From Deltaproteobacteria bacterium (GTDB lineage: Bacteria; SAR324; JACQKK01), in assembly GCA_029858505.1 (NCBI GenBank), contig JAOUEW010000002.1:104851-168850 (forward strand): 64,000 nucleotides of DNA, given 5' to 3'. Made by a program: the position numbers and the translations under genes. Of the stretch, positions 9,737 to 17,978 are shown piece after piece; the first letter of the stretch is position 1; every line of letters begins with the position of its first letter. Under the pieces are notes generated by a model. It made no database searches and had not been told where the DNA came from. It was given only the letters and a program-made list of their open reading frames with translations.

Positions 9737-11146
9737 ATGCGGTCCAATGAAAAAAAGCGAGAGCAAATGAGTATGGTGTTCATGAATAAGAAGATGGCGC
9801 TGTTTCTGGCGTGCTTGGTGGTGCTGTCTGTGGCGGCCTGGGCCAAAGAGCCCCCCGTGTCGGCCAACCCAGAAGCCGAGCGGTTGTTCCGCCAAGGCAC
9901 GGAAAACACCGTGAAGGGCCGCCTGGAAGAGGCCGAGCATGATCTGACCCAGGCGGCGATTTTGGACCCCACCAACGGGCGGATTCACTGGGAACTGGGA
10001 TGGGTGTTCTGGAAAAAACAGGACTGGGCCCAGGTGGTGGCTCACTGGGAAAAAACCCGGGCACTTTCTCCACAGCAGAAAGACCTGGACAAATACGACC
10101 GATTGGCCCGGCAGTATTTGGCCATGGAAAAAGAATCGGGCACCAAAGCCGCCGTTCCCCCCCCGCCTTTGGAGGGCAGCGCCGATGCCCTGACCTTTGT
10201 GGTGGCGGGGGACCTGATGATGGGGAGTGACTTTCCCAACCAGAGCCTGATGCCCATGCGAGACGGTGCCCAGTTGTTCGACGGGGTGCGGGGGCTGCTG
10301 GCGGGGGATGTGGTGTTCGCCAACCTGGAGGGCCCCCTGACCAAACATCCGGCTTCCTACAAGTGCGGTGGTGGAAGCCATTGCTTTGCCTTCCGCACGC
10401 CCCCCCGGTATGTGAGCCGGTTGAAGGACGCCGGGTTTACCGTTGTGAACTTGGCCAACAACCACCACCTGGATTTTGGCTATGAAGGCAGCGAAGAAAC
10501 CGTGCGGGTGTTGGATGATGCGGGTGTCGCGGCCTTTGGCCAAACCGGCCGGCCCAGCCGGGTGGTTGTGGTGAAGGGGGTGCGGGTGGGGTTTGTGGGG
10601 GCGGCCACCAGCCCCTGCTGCCTGCACATGAACCAAATGGAAAAACTAGAGACGCTGGTGCGCCAACTGCGGGAGCAGGCCGACCTGGTGGTGGTGAGTT
10701 TCCATGGCGGGGCCGAGGGGCTGGACGCGGCCCATGTGCCAGCGGGCCCTGAGAAATACCATGGAGAAGACCGGGGCGATGCCAGGCGCTTTGCCCACCG
10801 GGCCATAGACGCCGGGGCCGACCTGGTGCTGGGCACGGGGCCCCACACCGTGCGGGGCATGGAGCGCTACAAGGGGCGGTTGATTGTGTACAGCCTGGGG
10901 AACTTTATGGGCTATGGCCGCCTGTCGGTGACGGGCCACCTGTCGTATTCGTATTTGCTGCGGTTTAGCCTGAACCGTTCGGGGGAGGTGAGCCAACTGC
11001 GGGTGATTCCGCTGAAGCTGGACCCCATGGCCGTTCCGGCCTTCGATCCTCATCACCGGGTGGTGGGGCTGCTGAACCGCCTGGGCCGGGAGGACTTTGG
11101 CGAGCAGGCGGTTCAGTTTCTGCCAGACGGCTCGGCAGAGAGATAA
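9737..11146 (+). CDS. CapA/PgsA-family metallophosphoesterase with N-terminal TPR
   Basis: AGDLMMG, ANLEGPL, NLANNHHLDFG, VSFHGGAE, GTGPH, YSLGNF motifs; signal peptide and TPR-like helices; true start probably slightly downstream. Confidence 0.88.
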   Translation: MRSNEKKREQMSMVFMNKKMALFLACLVVLSVAAWAKEPPVSANPEAERLFRQGTENTVKGRLEEAEHDLTQAAILDPTNGRIHWELGWVFWKKQDWAQVVAHWEKTRALSPQQKDLDKYDRLARQYLAMEKESGTKAAVPPPPLEGSADALTFVVAGDLMMGSDFPNQSLMPMRDGAQLFDGVRGLLAGDVVFANLEGPLTKHPASYKCGGGSHCFAFRTPPRYVSRLKDAGFTVVNLANNHHLDFGYEGSEETVRVLDDAGVAAFGQTGRPSRVVVVKGVRVGFVGAATSPCCLHMNQMEKLETLVRQLREQADLVVVSFHGGAEGLDAAHVPAGPEKYHGEDRGDARRFAHRAIDAGADLVLGTGPHTVRGMERYKGRLIVYSLGNFMGYGRLSVTGHLSYSYLLRFSLNRSGEVSQLRVIPLKLDPMAVPAFDPHHRVVGLLNRLGREDFGEQAVQFLPDGSAER

Positions 11147-11241
11147 AGGAGAGGGAGAGAAAAGAGAAAAGAGAAAAGAAAGAGAGAGAAAAAAATGGGA
11201 AATAAAAAAAGAGGGAAATAACGGGGAGAGAGAAAAGGGGG

Positions 11242-12156
11242 TTAGCGGCAGGCGGTTTGTTTTTCATTGGGGCAGGTTTTTTGTTGCAGCGAACAGGCTT
11301 TCTTCAGGTCTTTGCGTTTGGTTTCTAAAAACCCCGCGTAGGTACATTGCAGCAATTTCTTCTTGTCCCTGTTGGTTTCCAGGGATATGCCCCGCAGGTA
11401 ATAGGGTTCCGCTTCGTCGTTTCTGTCCATGAAGTCGTACAGGCGGCCCAGGTTCCAGGTGTTAATGGGGTCTTTGGGGGCCAACTCCACGGCCCGCTTT
11501 ACATAGGGCAGGGCTTCTTCGTCTTTCTCCAGGGCCATCAACACCCCGCCGATGTTGGCCACCACCCGGTGGTCGTTGGGGAAGCGCTTCTCCATCACCT
11601 TAAAATAATCCAAGGCTGGTTTCAGCCAACCGTCCTCGAACAGCATGAACCCAGGGTTCAACCAGTCGTTCACCGTGTCGGGGTGCTGGCTGCCATACAG
11701 GTCCATGCTTTCGTCGAGTTGGGCGGGCAGGACCGAAACCCGTTCCGCCATAATGGCGATTTCCATGCGGGAATGGTGCAGGCACAGGCGCGCGGGGTCC
11801 AGGTGGATAGCTTGGGTCACATGGTTCAGGGCTTCATCCACTCCTTCTCCCCGAAAAACTTCTCGGATGAAGGTTTGCCCCCGCCCATTGGTGGCCACCC
11901 CTGTTCCGGCAGCCCTGGACAGGGCCACCGAGGCCAGGCAGCCGTGGGCTTCGGCTTGCTCGGAGGGGCTGCCCTGGGTCAGGTGTTTTTCGCACAGCGC
12001 CCGGGCGTCCTCCCACTGTTGTTGATTCAGCAGGTTTCTAGATTCTTGCACCCAGGCCTGGGGCATCACCCCGCAAGCCCCCGCTGGCAGGGGAACCCAG
12101 GCGGCCAAAAGCAGCGCCATCCAGAACAAGAACCGGGAAGAATCCAAAGAACCCAT
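11242..12156 (-). CDS. Secreted TPR-repeat protein
   Basis: Signal peptide; TPR helices (ANIGGVLM..EKDEEALPYVKRAVELAPKD; WNLGRLYDFM....EAEPYYLRGI); paired Cys. Confidence 0.75.
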   Translation of the reverse strand: MGSLDSSRFLFWMALLLAAWVPLPAGACGVMPQAWVQESRNLLNQQQWEDARALCEKHLTQGSPSEQAEAHGCLASVALSRAAGTGVATNGRGQTFIREVFRGEGVDEALNHVTQAIHLDPARLCLHHSRMEIAIMAERVSVLPAQLDESMDLYGSQHPDTVNDWLNPGFMLFEDGWLKPALDYFKVMEKRFPNDHRVVANIGGVLMALEKDEEALPYVKRAVELAPKDPINTWNLGRLYDFMDRNDEAEPYYLRGISLETNRDKKKLLQCTYAGFLETKRKDLKKACSLQQKTCPNEKQTACR

Positions 12157-12181
12157 GGAAGAGCCTGAAAGAGGGTACGTG

Positions 12182-13978
12182 TTACGGGGTTGGTTTGGGT
12201 GGGTCTAGCACCTTGAACACCGTGACGGCGTTGCCCCCCCGCTTCTGCCGCCCCTGGGCGGTAAGCCACACCTGGCGGCCATCGGGAGACACCGCCAAGC
12301 CCACCGGAAAAGAATCGGAGGGGATGGTCGCGGCCTGGGCCAGGGTGTTGGCATCCAGCACCAGCAGGCGGCTTTCTTGGTTGATGGCGGCAAACAGCCA
12401 GCGGCCGTCGGGAGACAGCGCGATGGTGCGGGTGCTGTCCCCAGTTTTGCCTTCCTTCAGGGGGGGCAGTTGTTTCACCCCCTTGGTGGCGGCGGTGACG
12501 AGGTCATCCATGGCATACATCGAAACCGCCCCGCTGAAGCTTGAACTGACGTACAGCCGCCCCCCCGGCGCGGTTGCGAAGTGGCGGGGGGTGGGTTTCA
12601 TCCCATCCACCGATCCCAGATAGGTTCCCTTTTCCACGTTGATCACGGCAATGCCGCCCCCGCCCATGCGGGCCACCAGCAGGTGGCCGCTGTCTGGGGT
12701 GAACACGGCCCCCCGCAGGCACAGGCCGCAGGCGTGGTCCCGGTTGATTTTCCTCCCTGGTTTTACTGTCAGCCGTTTTTCCACCACAATCAGCCGGTCG
12801 TGATGGAAGGCGGCGGGGTCATCCCCGTGGATGTCAATCAGCCCCACGGTGTTGTCTCCCCAATGAATCACGGCCATCCAGCGGCCATCGGGCGATGCCG
12901 CCAGCACTTTGGGGATGGGGCCGGTGTCCATCACCCGAACCATGGCGCGGGTTTGGGTGTCGATGACGGCCACGGCGGAGGCGTAAGCGCTGGCGCTGTC
13001 GAAGCTGCGCCGGTAATAGGGCACCCAAAGATAGCGGCCTTGGTGGCTGAAGGCGAATTCCACCGGGTTGCCGATGAAGGTGTTGAATTGCTCCAGGGGC
13101 ATGCCTGGGGGAAGATCTCCCCACACCGGGGGGGTAGGGGGGAACAGGGGCAGGGTTTCTGGGCCAAACTCGTGAAGAATGCGCCCCACCCTCCGCGGCT
13201 TCTGGGGGTTGAACACCAGGGTGGCGTCGCCCTCCAGGGCGTTCACATAGGCGGCGGTGCCGTCTGGCGAAAACGCCACCGACTTGGGAGAAAACATCAA
13301 TCCATCGAAGTGATCGGCTGAAGACTCCGGTTGGGGATTGAAATGCTGAAAGCGGGCGGAGACTTCCAGGGTGATGCCCCCCGCTCCCAGGGGGGTGGAG
13401 CGGGTGCCGATGGCGGGATGAGACAGGGGGGGAATTTTGCCCGAGGCTTGGTCCCGCGCTTTTTGCAAATAGGCCCCCAGTTCGGGTTCGTCCCACTTTA
13501 ACTGTTGGGCCACCTCCCAGTGTTGAATCACTTCGTCCCAGCGGCCCAGCACCCAGTAACTCCAGCCGATTTCGTATTGGGCCTGGGCATGGAAGGGGTT
13601 CAGGGTCAGGGCTTCCTCGTAGGCGGCCAGGGCCTCTAGGGTGCGATGGTCTTTTTGCAGGGCAAAGCCCCGCTGAAAGGCGGCTTCGGCTAGGCGTTCA
13701 GATTCCTCTGGGTTTTGGGGCTTGGGTGTGGGGGCTTCGTCTTCCGGGGGGGCTTTGTTTTCCTTGGGGCTTTTCTGCGGGGCGGGCTTCTTGGCCCAGG
13801 CGGTGGCGGCTGGCAGACCGGTGAACCCCAACACCATTCCCCCCCATACGATGCTCCCCAAAACCATGCTCCCCAATACCATGCCCCCCAAGGTTATCCC
13901 CACCAGCCTGCCGGAAAAATTTGGGGCAAGGCGAGAAAATCGGAGCCGTGGAACCTGGGGGAATGGGGGAGGAGTCAT
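12182..13978 (-). CDS. TPR + YVTN/YncE-like beta-propeller secreted protein
   Basis: N-terminal TPR pair, then repeated SPDG/TPDS blades and PKV/PVG motifs. Confidence 0.8.
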   Translation of the reverse strand: MTPPPFPQVPRLRFSRLAPNFSGRLVGITLGGMVLGSMVLGSIVWGGMVLGFTGLPAATAWAKKPAPQKSPKENKAPPEDEAPTPKPQNPEESERLAEAAFQRGFALQKDHRTLEALAAYEEALTLNPFHAQAQYEIGWSYWVLGRWDEVIQHWEVAQQLKWDEPELGAYLQKARDQASGKIPPLSHPAIGTRSTPLGAGGITLEVSARFQHFNPQPESSADHFDGLMFSPKSVAFSPDGTAAYVNALEGDATLVFNPQKPRRVGRILHEFGPETLPLFPPTPPVWGDLPPGMPLEQFNTFIGNPVEFAFSHQGRYLWVPYYRRSFDSASAYASAVAVIDTQTRAMVRVMDTGPIPKVLAASPDGRWMAVIHWGDNTVGLIDIHGDDPAAFHHDRLIVVEKRLTVKPGRKINRDHACGLCLRGAVFTPDSGHLLVARMGGGGIAVINVEKGTYLGSVDGMKPTPRHFATAPGGRLYVSSSFSGAVSMYAMDDLVTAATKGVKQLPPLKEGKTGDSTRTIALSPDGRWLFAAINQESRLLVLDANTLAQAATIPSDSFPVGLAVSPDGRQVWLTAQGRQKRGGNAVTVFKVLDPPKPTP

Positions 13979-16900
13979 GGGGTGGCCCGGGTGAGTTCGA
14001 TGGTCCAGGTGGCCCCGTCCAGGTCATGTTCCATGCGGAAGGCCTGGGGCAGGGGGGCATCGGCCCAGCGGGCGGCCAGGGTTTCGGCCATGATGAATTC
14101 CCGGTGGGCGGCCAGGGCATCTTCCATGTCTGCCGAACCCGTGATGCGCAGGGCAATCCGGTCAGAGACCTCCAGCCCGGCGTTCTTACGGGCCTCCTGC
14201 ACGGTGCGCACCAGTTCCCGGGCCATGCCCTCCCGCAGCAGTTCCGGGGTCAGGCGGGTGTCGAGGGCGCTCAGATAACCGCCGTCCTCTGCCGACACAT
14301 ACCCCTCCGCGCTGGCGGTTTCCACCAGCACGTCCTCCGCCTCAAAGGGCAGGGCCTGCCCCTCCACGGTGAGGGTGAACCCCTGGCCTCCCCGGGCGGC
14401 TTGGGCAATGGCGGCCGCATCGGCCGATTCCAGGGCGGCCTTGATGGCGGGAATGTGCTTGCCGTATTTTTTACCCACCTTGGGCAGGTTCGGCTTCAAC
14501 CGATATGTGATGAGTTTGGCGTCTCCCGCGGCCAGTTCCAGCCGCTTCACGTTTAGTTCTTCCAAAATTTGATCTTGGTGGGCTTCCACCGCGGCCTGGC
14601 CCGCCTGGGGAACGCGCACCAACAGCCGGGGCAGGGGCTGGCGCACCCGGTGGCCGCAGGTGGCCCGGGCGGCCCGGCCCAGACTCACCACTTTTTGCAC
14701 CACGTCCATGGCGGCCACCAGTTCCGGCGCCAGGGCCTGGGGCTGGGCCTGGGGCCAAGTGGTCATGTGCACCGACAGGGGGGCCTCCCCCCGCAGCGAG
14801 CGTTCCAGGTTTTGGTAGGCTTCCTCCGCCAGGAAGGGCATGAAGGGGGCCAGCAGCCGGGTCAGGGTGGAAAGGCACTCGTACAGGGTAAGGTAGGCGG
14901 CCTGCTTATCGTCTCCCGCTTCGCCCTTCCAGAACCGGCGGCGGTTGCGTCGCACATACCAGTTCGACAACTGCTCGACAAAGGTTTCGATGGCCTGCCC
15001 GGCCCCTTGGGCGTCGTAACGGTCCATGGCCTCGGTGGCGGTGGCAACGGTTTGGGCCAGCAGGGCCAGGGCCCAGCGGTCGATTTCGGGCCGTTGTTCC
15101 AATGGCACCGGCTGATCCGGGTTGAAGTGGTCCAGGTTGGCGTACATCACAAAGAAGGCGTAGGTGTTCCAGAAGGTGTTGATGAACCCCCCCGCCACGT
15201 CGCCCACAATGTCCACGCTCACCCGCTTCTGGGCCTCTGGCGCCAGCCGGGCCAGGAAGTACCAGCGCAGGGGGTCGGCCCCCACTTTGTCGAATACATC
15301 GTAGGGATTGATGATGTTGCCCTGCGACTTAGACATCTTGCGGCCGTCTTTGTCTACGATGTGGCTGAGGCACACCACGTTTTTGTAGGCCGCCGAATCG
15401 CTGACCAGGGTGGCCACCGCGTGGAGGGTGTAGAACCAGCCCCGGGTTTGGTCAATGGCCTCGCAGATGAAATCCGCCGGGAAGTGCTTCTGGAATTCTT
15501 CTTGGTGCTCAAAGGGCCAGTGCCATTGGGCGTAGCTCATGGCGCCGGAGTCGAACCAGCAGTCAATCACTTCTGGCACGCGGCGCATGGTCTTGCCGGT
15601 GTCTGGGTGGGGGAAGGTGATGTCGTCCACCGCTGGGCGGTGAAGATCCAGGCCCGTCAGGGACCGTCCGGCCAGTTTTTCCAGTTCCGCCACAGAGCCC
15701 ACCATCAGGTGGTTTCCCTCGCCATCCGTCCACACGGGCAGGGGGGTTCCCCAAAAACGCTCCCGCGACAGGGCCCAGTCGATGTTGTTTTCCAGCCAGT
15801 TGCCAAACCGCCCGTCTTTAATGGTTTCCGGAATCCATTGGATGGACTGGTTCAGTTCCACCATGCGGGCTTTGACCGCCGTGGTGCGGATGTACCAAGC
15901 CTCCTTGGCGTAATAAATCAGGGGGTCCCCGGTGCGCCAGCCAAAGGGGTAGTTGTGCAGCAGGGTGCCCTGCCGGAACAGCAATCCCCGCTTCTTCAGG
16001 TCGGCGGAAATCACTGGGTCGGCTTTCTTAAAGAACATGCCCGCCGTCAGTTTCATCTGGGGCAGAAAGCAGCCGTCGTCGCCCACCCCGTGCAGCACGG
16101 GCAGGTTGTTTTCCCGGCCCACCTTCAGGTCGTCGGCCCCATAGGCCGGGGCAATGTGCACAATGCCCGTGCCGTCTTCCATGCTCACGAAATCGGCTCC
16201 CACCACCCGGCAGATGTCTTGGGTTACCGGCAGGTCCTCGAACAGCCGTTGATAGCGCAGACCCAGCAAGTCTTTCCCTTTGACCCTGGATTCCACCCGG
16301 TAGGGGGTATCTCCCAGCACGGCCTCTAGCCGGGGGGCGGCCAAAATCAACGTTTCTTCCTCTACCTTCACCCAGGCGTAATCTTGCTCCGGGTGCACCG
16401 CCAGGGCCACGTTGGAGGGCAGGGTCCAGGGGGTGGTGGTCCACACCAGAAAACTGGCGTGGGGTTGGTCTGCCAGGCGGAACCGCACGTGAACGGAGGG
16501 GTCTTCTACTTCCTTATAGCCCAGGGCTACCTCGTGACTGGACAAGGTGGCCCCGATGCGGGGGTCGTAGGGCACCACTTTGTAGTCTTGGTAAATCAGC
16601 CCTTTGTCCCAGATGATTTTCAACAGGTGCCACACGGTTTCAATGTAGCGGTTGTCCAGGGTGGCGTAGGCGTCTTTCAGGTCTACCCAAAAGCCCATCC
16701 GCTCGGTCATTTTCTCCCAGTCGGCAATGTAGGCCGTCACCGACTCCCGGCAGCGGCGGGTGAACTCCTCCACCCCCACTTCCCGCTCAATCCGCTTTTT
16801 GTCGAAAATCCCCAGGGTCTTTTCCACTTCGTGTTCCACCGGCAGGCCGTGGGTGTCCCAGCCGGCCCGGCGGGGGGCATAAAAGCCCCGCATGGTTTTG

Positions 16901-17148
16901 TAACGGGGGAAGGCGTCTTTAAAAGCCCGGGCCAGCACATGGTGAATGCCGGGGCGGCCGTTGGCCGTGGGGGGGCCTTCGTTGAACACAAAGCGGGGCC
17001 GCCCCTGGGAGGCCTCCAGGGTTTTGTGGAAAATATCGTGCTCCCGCCAAAAACGGAGCATCCGTTCTTCCAGGGCCACGCCATCGTAACGGCCTGGAAC
17101 AGATTGAAAAACCATGGGATTTGAATCCAAAAGAATGCGCTGCGCCAA
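13975..17148 (-). CDS. ileS: Isoleucyl-tRNA synthetase, type 2 (IleRS2)
   Basis: EGPPTANGRPGIHH, GWDTHGLPVE, WTTTPWTLPSN, DWALSRERFWGTPLP, KMSKS, long C-terminal extension lacking the IleRS1 zinc finger; start may be MVFQ. Confidence 0.97.
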   Translation of the reverse strand: MAQRILLDSNPMVFQSVPGRYDGVALEERMLRFWREHDIFHKTLEASQGRPRFVFNEGPPTANGRPGIHHVLARAFKDAFPRYKTMRGFYAPRRAGWDTHGLPVEHEVEKTLGIFDKKRIEREVGVEEFTRRCRESVTAYIADWEKMTERMGFWVDLKDAYATLDNRYIETVWHLLKIIWDKGLIYQDYKVVPYDPRIGATLSSHEVALGYKEVEDPSVHVRFRLADQPHASFLVWTTTPWTLPSNVALAVHPEQDYAWVKVEEETLILAAPRLEAVLGDTPYRVESRVKGKDLLGLRYQRLFEDLPVTQDICRVVGADFVSMEDGTGIVHIAPAYGADDLKVGRENNLPVLHGVGDDGCFLPQMKLTAGMFFKKADPVISADLKKRGLLFRQGTLLHNYPFGWRTGDPLIYYAKEAWYIRTTAVKARMVELNQSIQWIPETIKDGRFGNWLENNIDWALSRERFWGTPLPVWTDGEGNHLMVGSVAELEKLAGRSLTGLDLHRPAVDDITFPHPDTGKTMRRVPEVIDCWFDSGAMSYAQWHWPFEHQEEFQKHFPADFICEAIDQTRGWFYTLHAVATLVSDSAAYKNVVCLSHIVDKDGRKMSKSQGNIINPYDVFDKVGADPLRWYFLARLAPEAQKRVSVDIVGDVAGGFINTFWNTYAFFVMYANLDHFNPDQPVPLEQRPEIDRWALALLAQTVATATEAMDRYDAQGAGQAIETFVEQLSNWYVRRNRRRFWKGEAGDDKQAAYLTLYECLSTLTRLLAPFMPFLAEEAYQNLERSLRGEAPLSVHMTTWPQAQPQALAPELVAAMDVVQKVVSLGRAARATCGHRVRQPLPRLLVRVPQAGQAAVEAHQDQILEELNVKRLELAAGDAKLITYRLKPNLPKVGKKYGKHIPAIKAALESADAAAIAQAARGGQGFTLTVEGQALPFEAEDVLVETASAEGYVSAEDGGYLSALDTRLTPELLREGMARELVRTVQEARKNAGLEVSDRIALRITGSADMEDALAAHREFIMAETLAARWADAPLPQAFRMEHDLDGATWTIELTRATP

Positions 17149-17400
17149 AGGTTCGCCTTTCCACTTTACGGCTTATTCCGGCAAAAAGGCAAGCGAATCA
17201 AACGCCCATGAAATGTATCAATATGAAGCATCATAATGATACATAATGTTTCATTTATAAACATCATGATTACGTTTTTCTGACCATATTCAAGTATTAA
17301 AAAATAATATATTGATAAAACTAATGATTTTAAGATGGCACGGCGCTTGAAGATAGTCATTCCGCTTTACGAAGAAATCCACTCAAACAAGGAGACCGCC

Positions 17401-17808
17401 ATGCTGCATCCTCATGGGTTTGGAAATGGACAGAACGGACAGTCGGAAGGATGGATGGAAGAGCTGGTAACCCAGCACTTTACCCCGGTGTATGTGTTGG
17501 TCAATTCGTTTTTGGAAGACCCCGCGGAGTCTTTGGTGCTGTCTCAGGCGTTGTTTTTTAAGGCCCAAGACAACCTGGTTTCCACCGCCCCCCAGTTGTA
17601 CCGGATGATTTTCCAATTGGTGGATTTTCATGACGCCGACTGTGAGGTGCTGGAAAAAATGAACTTCACCCAGGCCGCTTGCTGGCTGCTGAAGGACCTG
17701 ACCCCCATGGGGTATGCGGAAATTGGGGAGGTGCTGTCGTTGAGCCGCGAGCAGGTGCGGGTGTATGTGGCCCAGGCCAGAGACATTCTGTTGGCCAAGG
17801 TGTGTTGA
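17401..17808 (+). CDS. Degenerate/minimal ECF sigma factor-like protein
   Basis: Region 2.1-2.2-like helix (ELVTQHFTPVYVLVNSFLEDPAESLVLSQALFFKA) and region 4 HTH (MGYAEIGEVLSLSREQVRVYVAQAR); AAGGAG SD before 17401. Confidence 0.65.
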   Translation: MLHPHGFGNGQNGQSEGWMEELVTQHFTPVYVLVNSFLEDPAESLVLSQALFFKAQDNLVSTAPQLYRMIFQLVDFHDADCEVLEKMNFTQAACWLLKDLTPMGYAEIGEVLSLSREQVRVYVAQARDILLAKVC

Positions 17809-17921
17809 CCTGTTGGGGGCGCCGTTCCCTGGGGGGCTTTGACTGGAAACCTGACCTCACGTTGGCCAGGGTTGCTTGGAAAAACGATCGCTTCGTTCAT
17901 AGCCGCCGGATGATACCAAAC

Positions 17922-17960
17922 AAAAAACCCCCGTTCTTTTCGAGCGGGGGTTTTTGTTTT
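17922..17960. terminator. Bidirectional intrinsic terminator
   Basis: AAAAAA-CCCCCGTTC-TTTTC-GAGCGGGGG-TTTTT between convergent genes. Confidence 0.85.
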
Positions 17961-17978
17961 TAAGCTGCGGGCGGGGGT

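Noticed and set aside
14569-16329. Long antisense or alternative-frame ORFs (also 30496-32043, 24857-26236, 36650-37840, 57442-58554 and others)
   Set aside because: Shadow ORFs expected from high GC3 opposite well-supported genes; Pro/Gly/Arg/His-rich nonsense composition.
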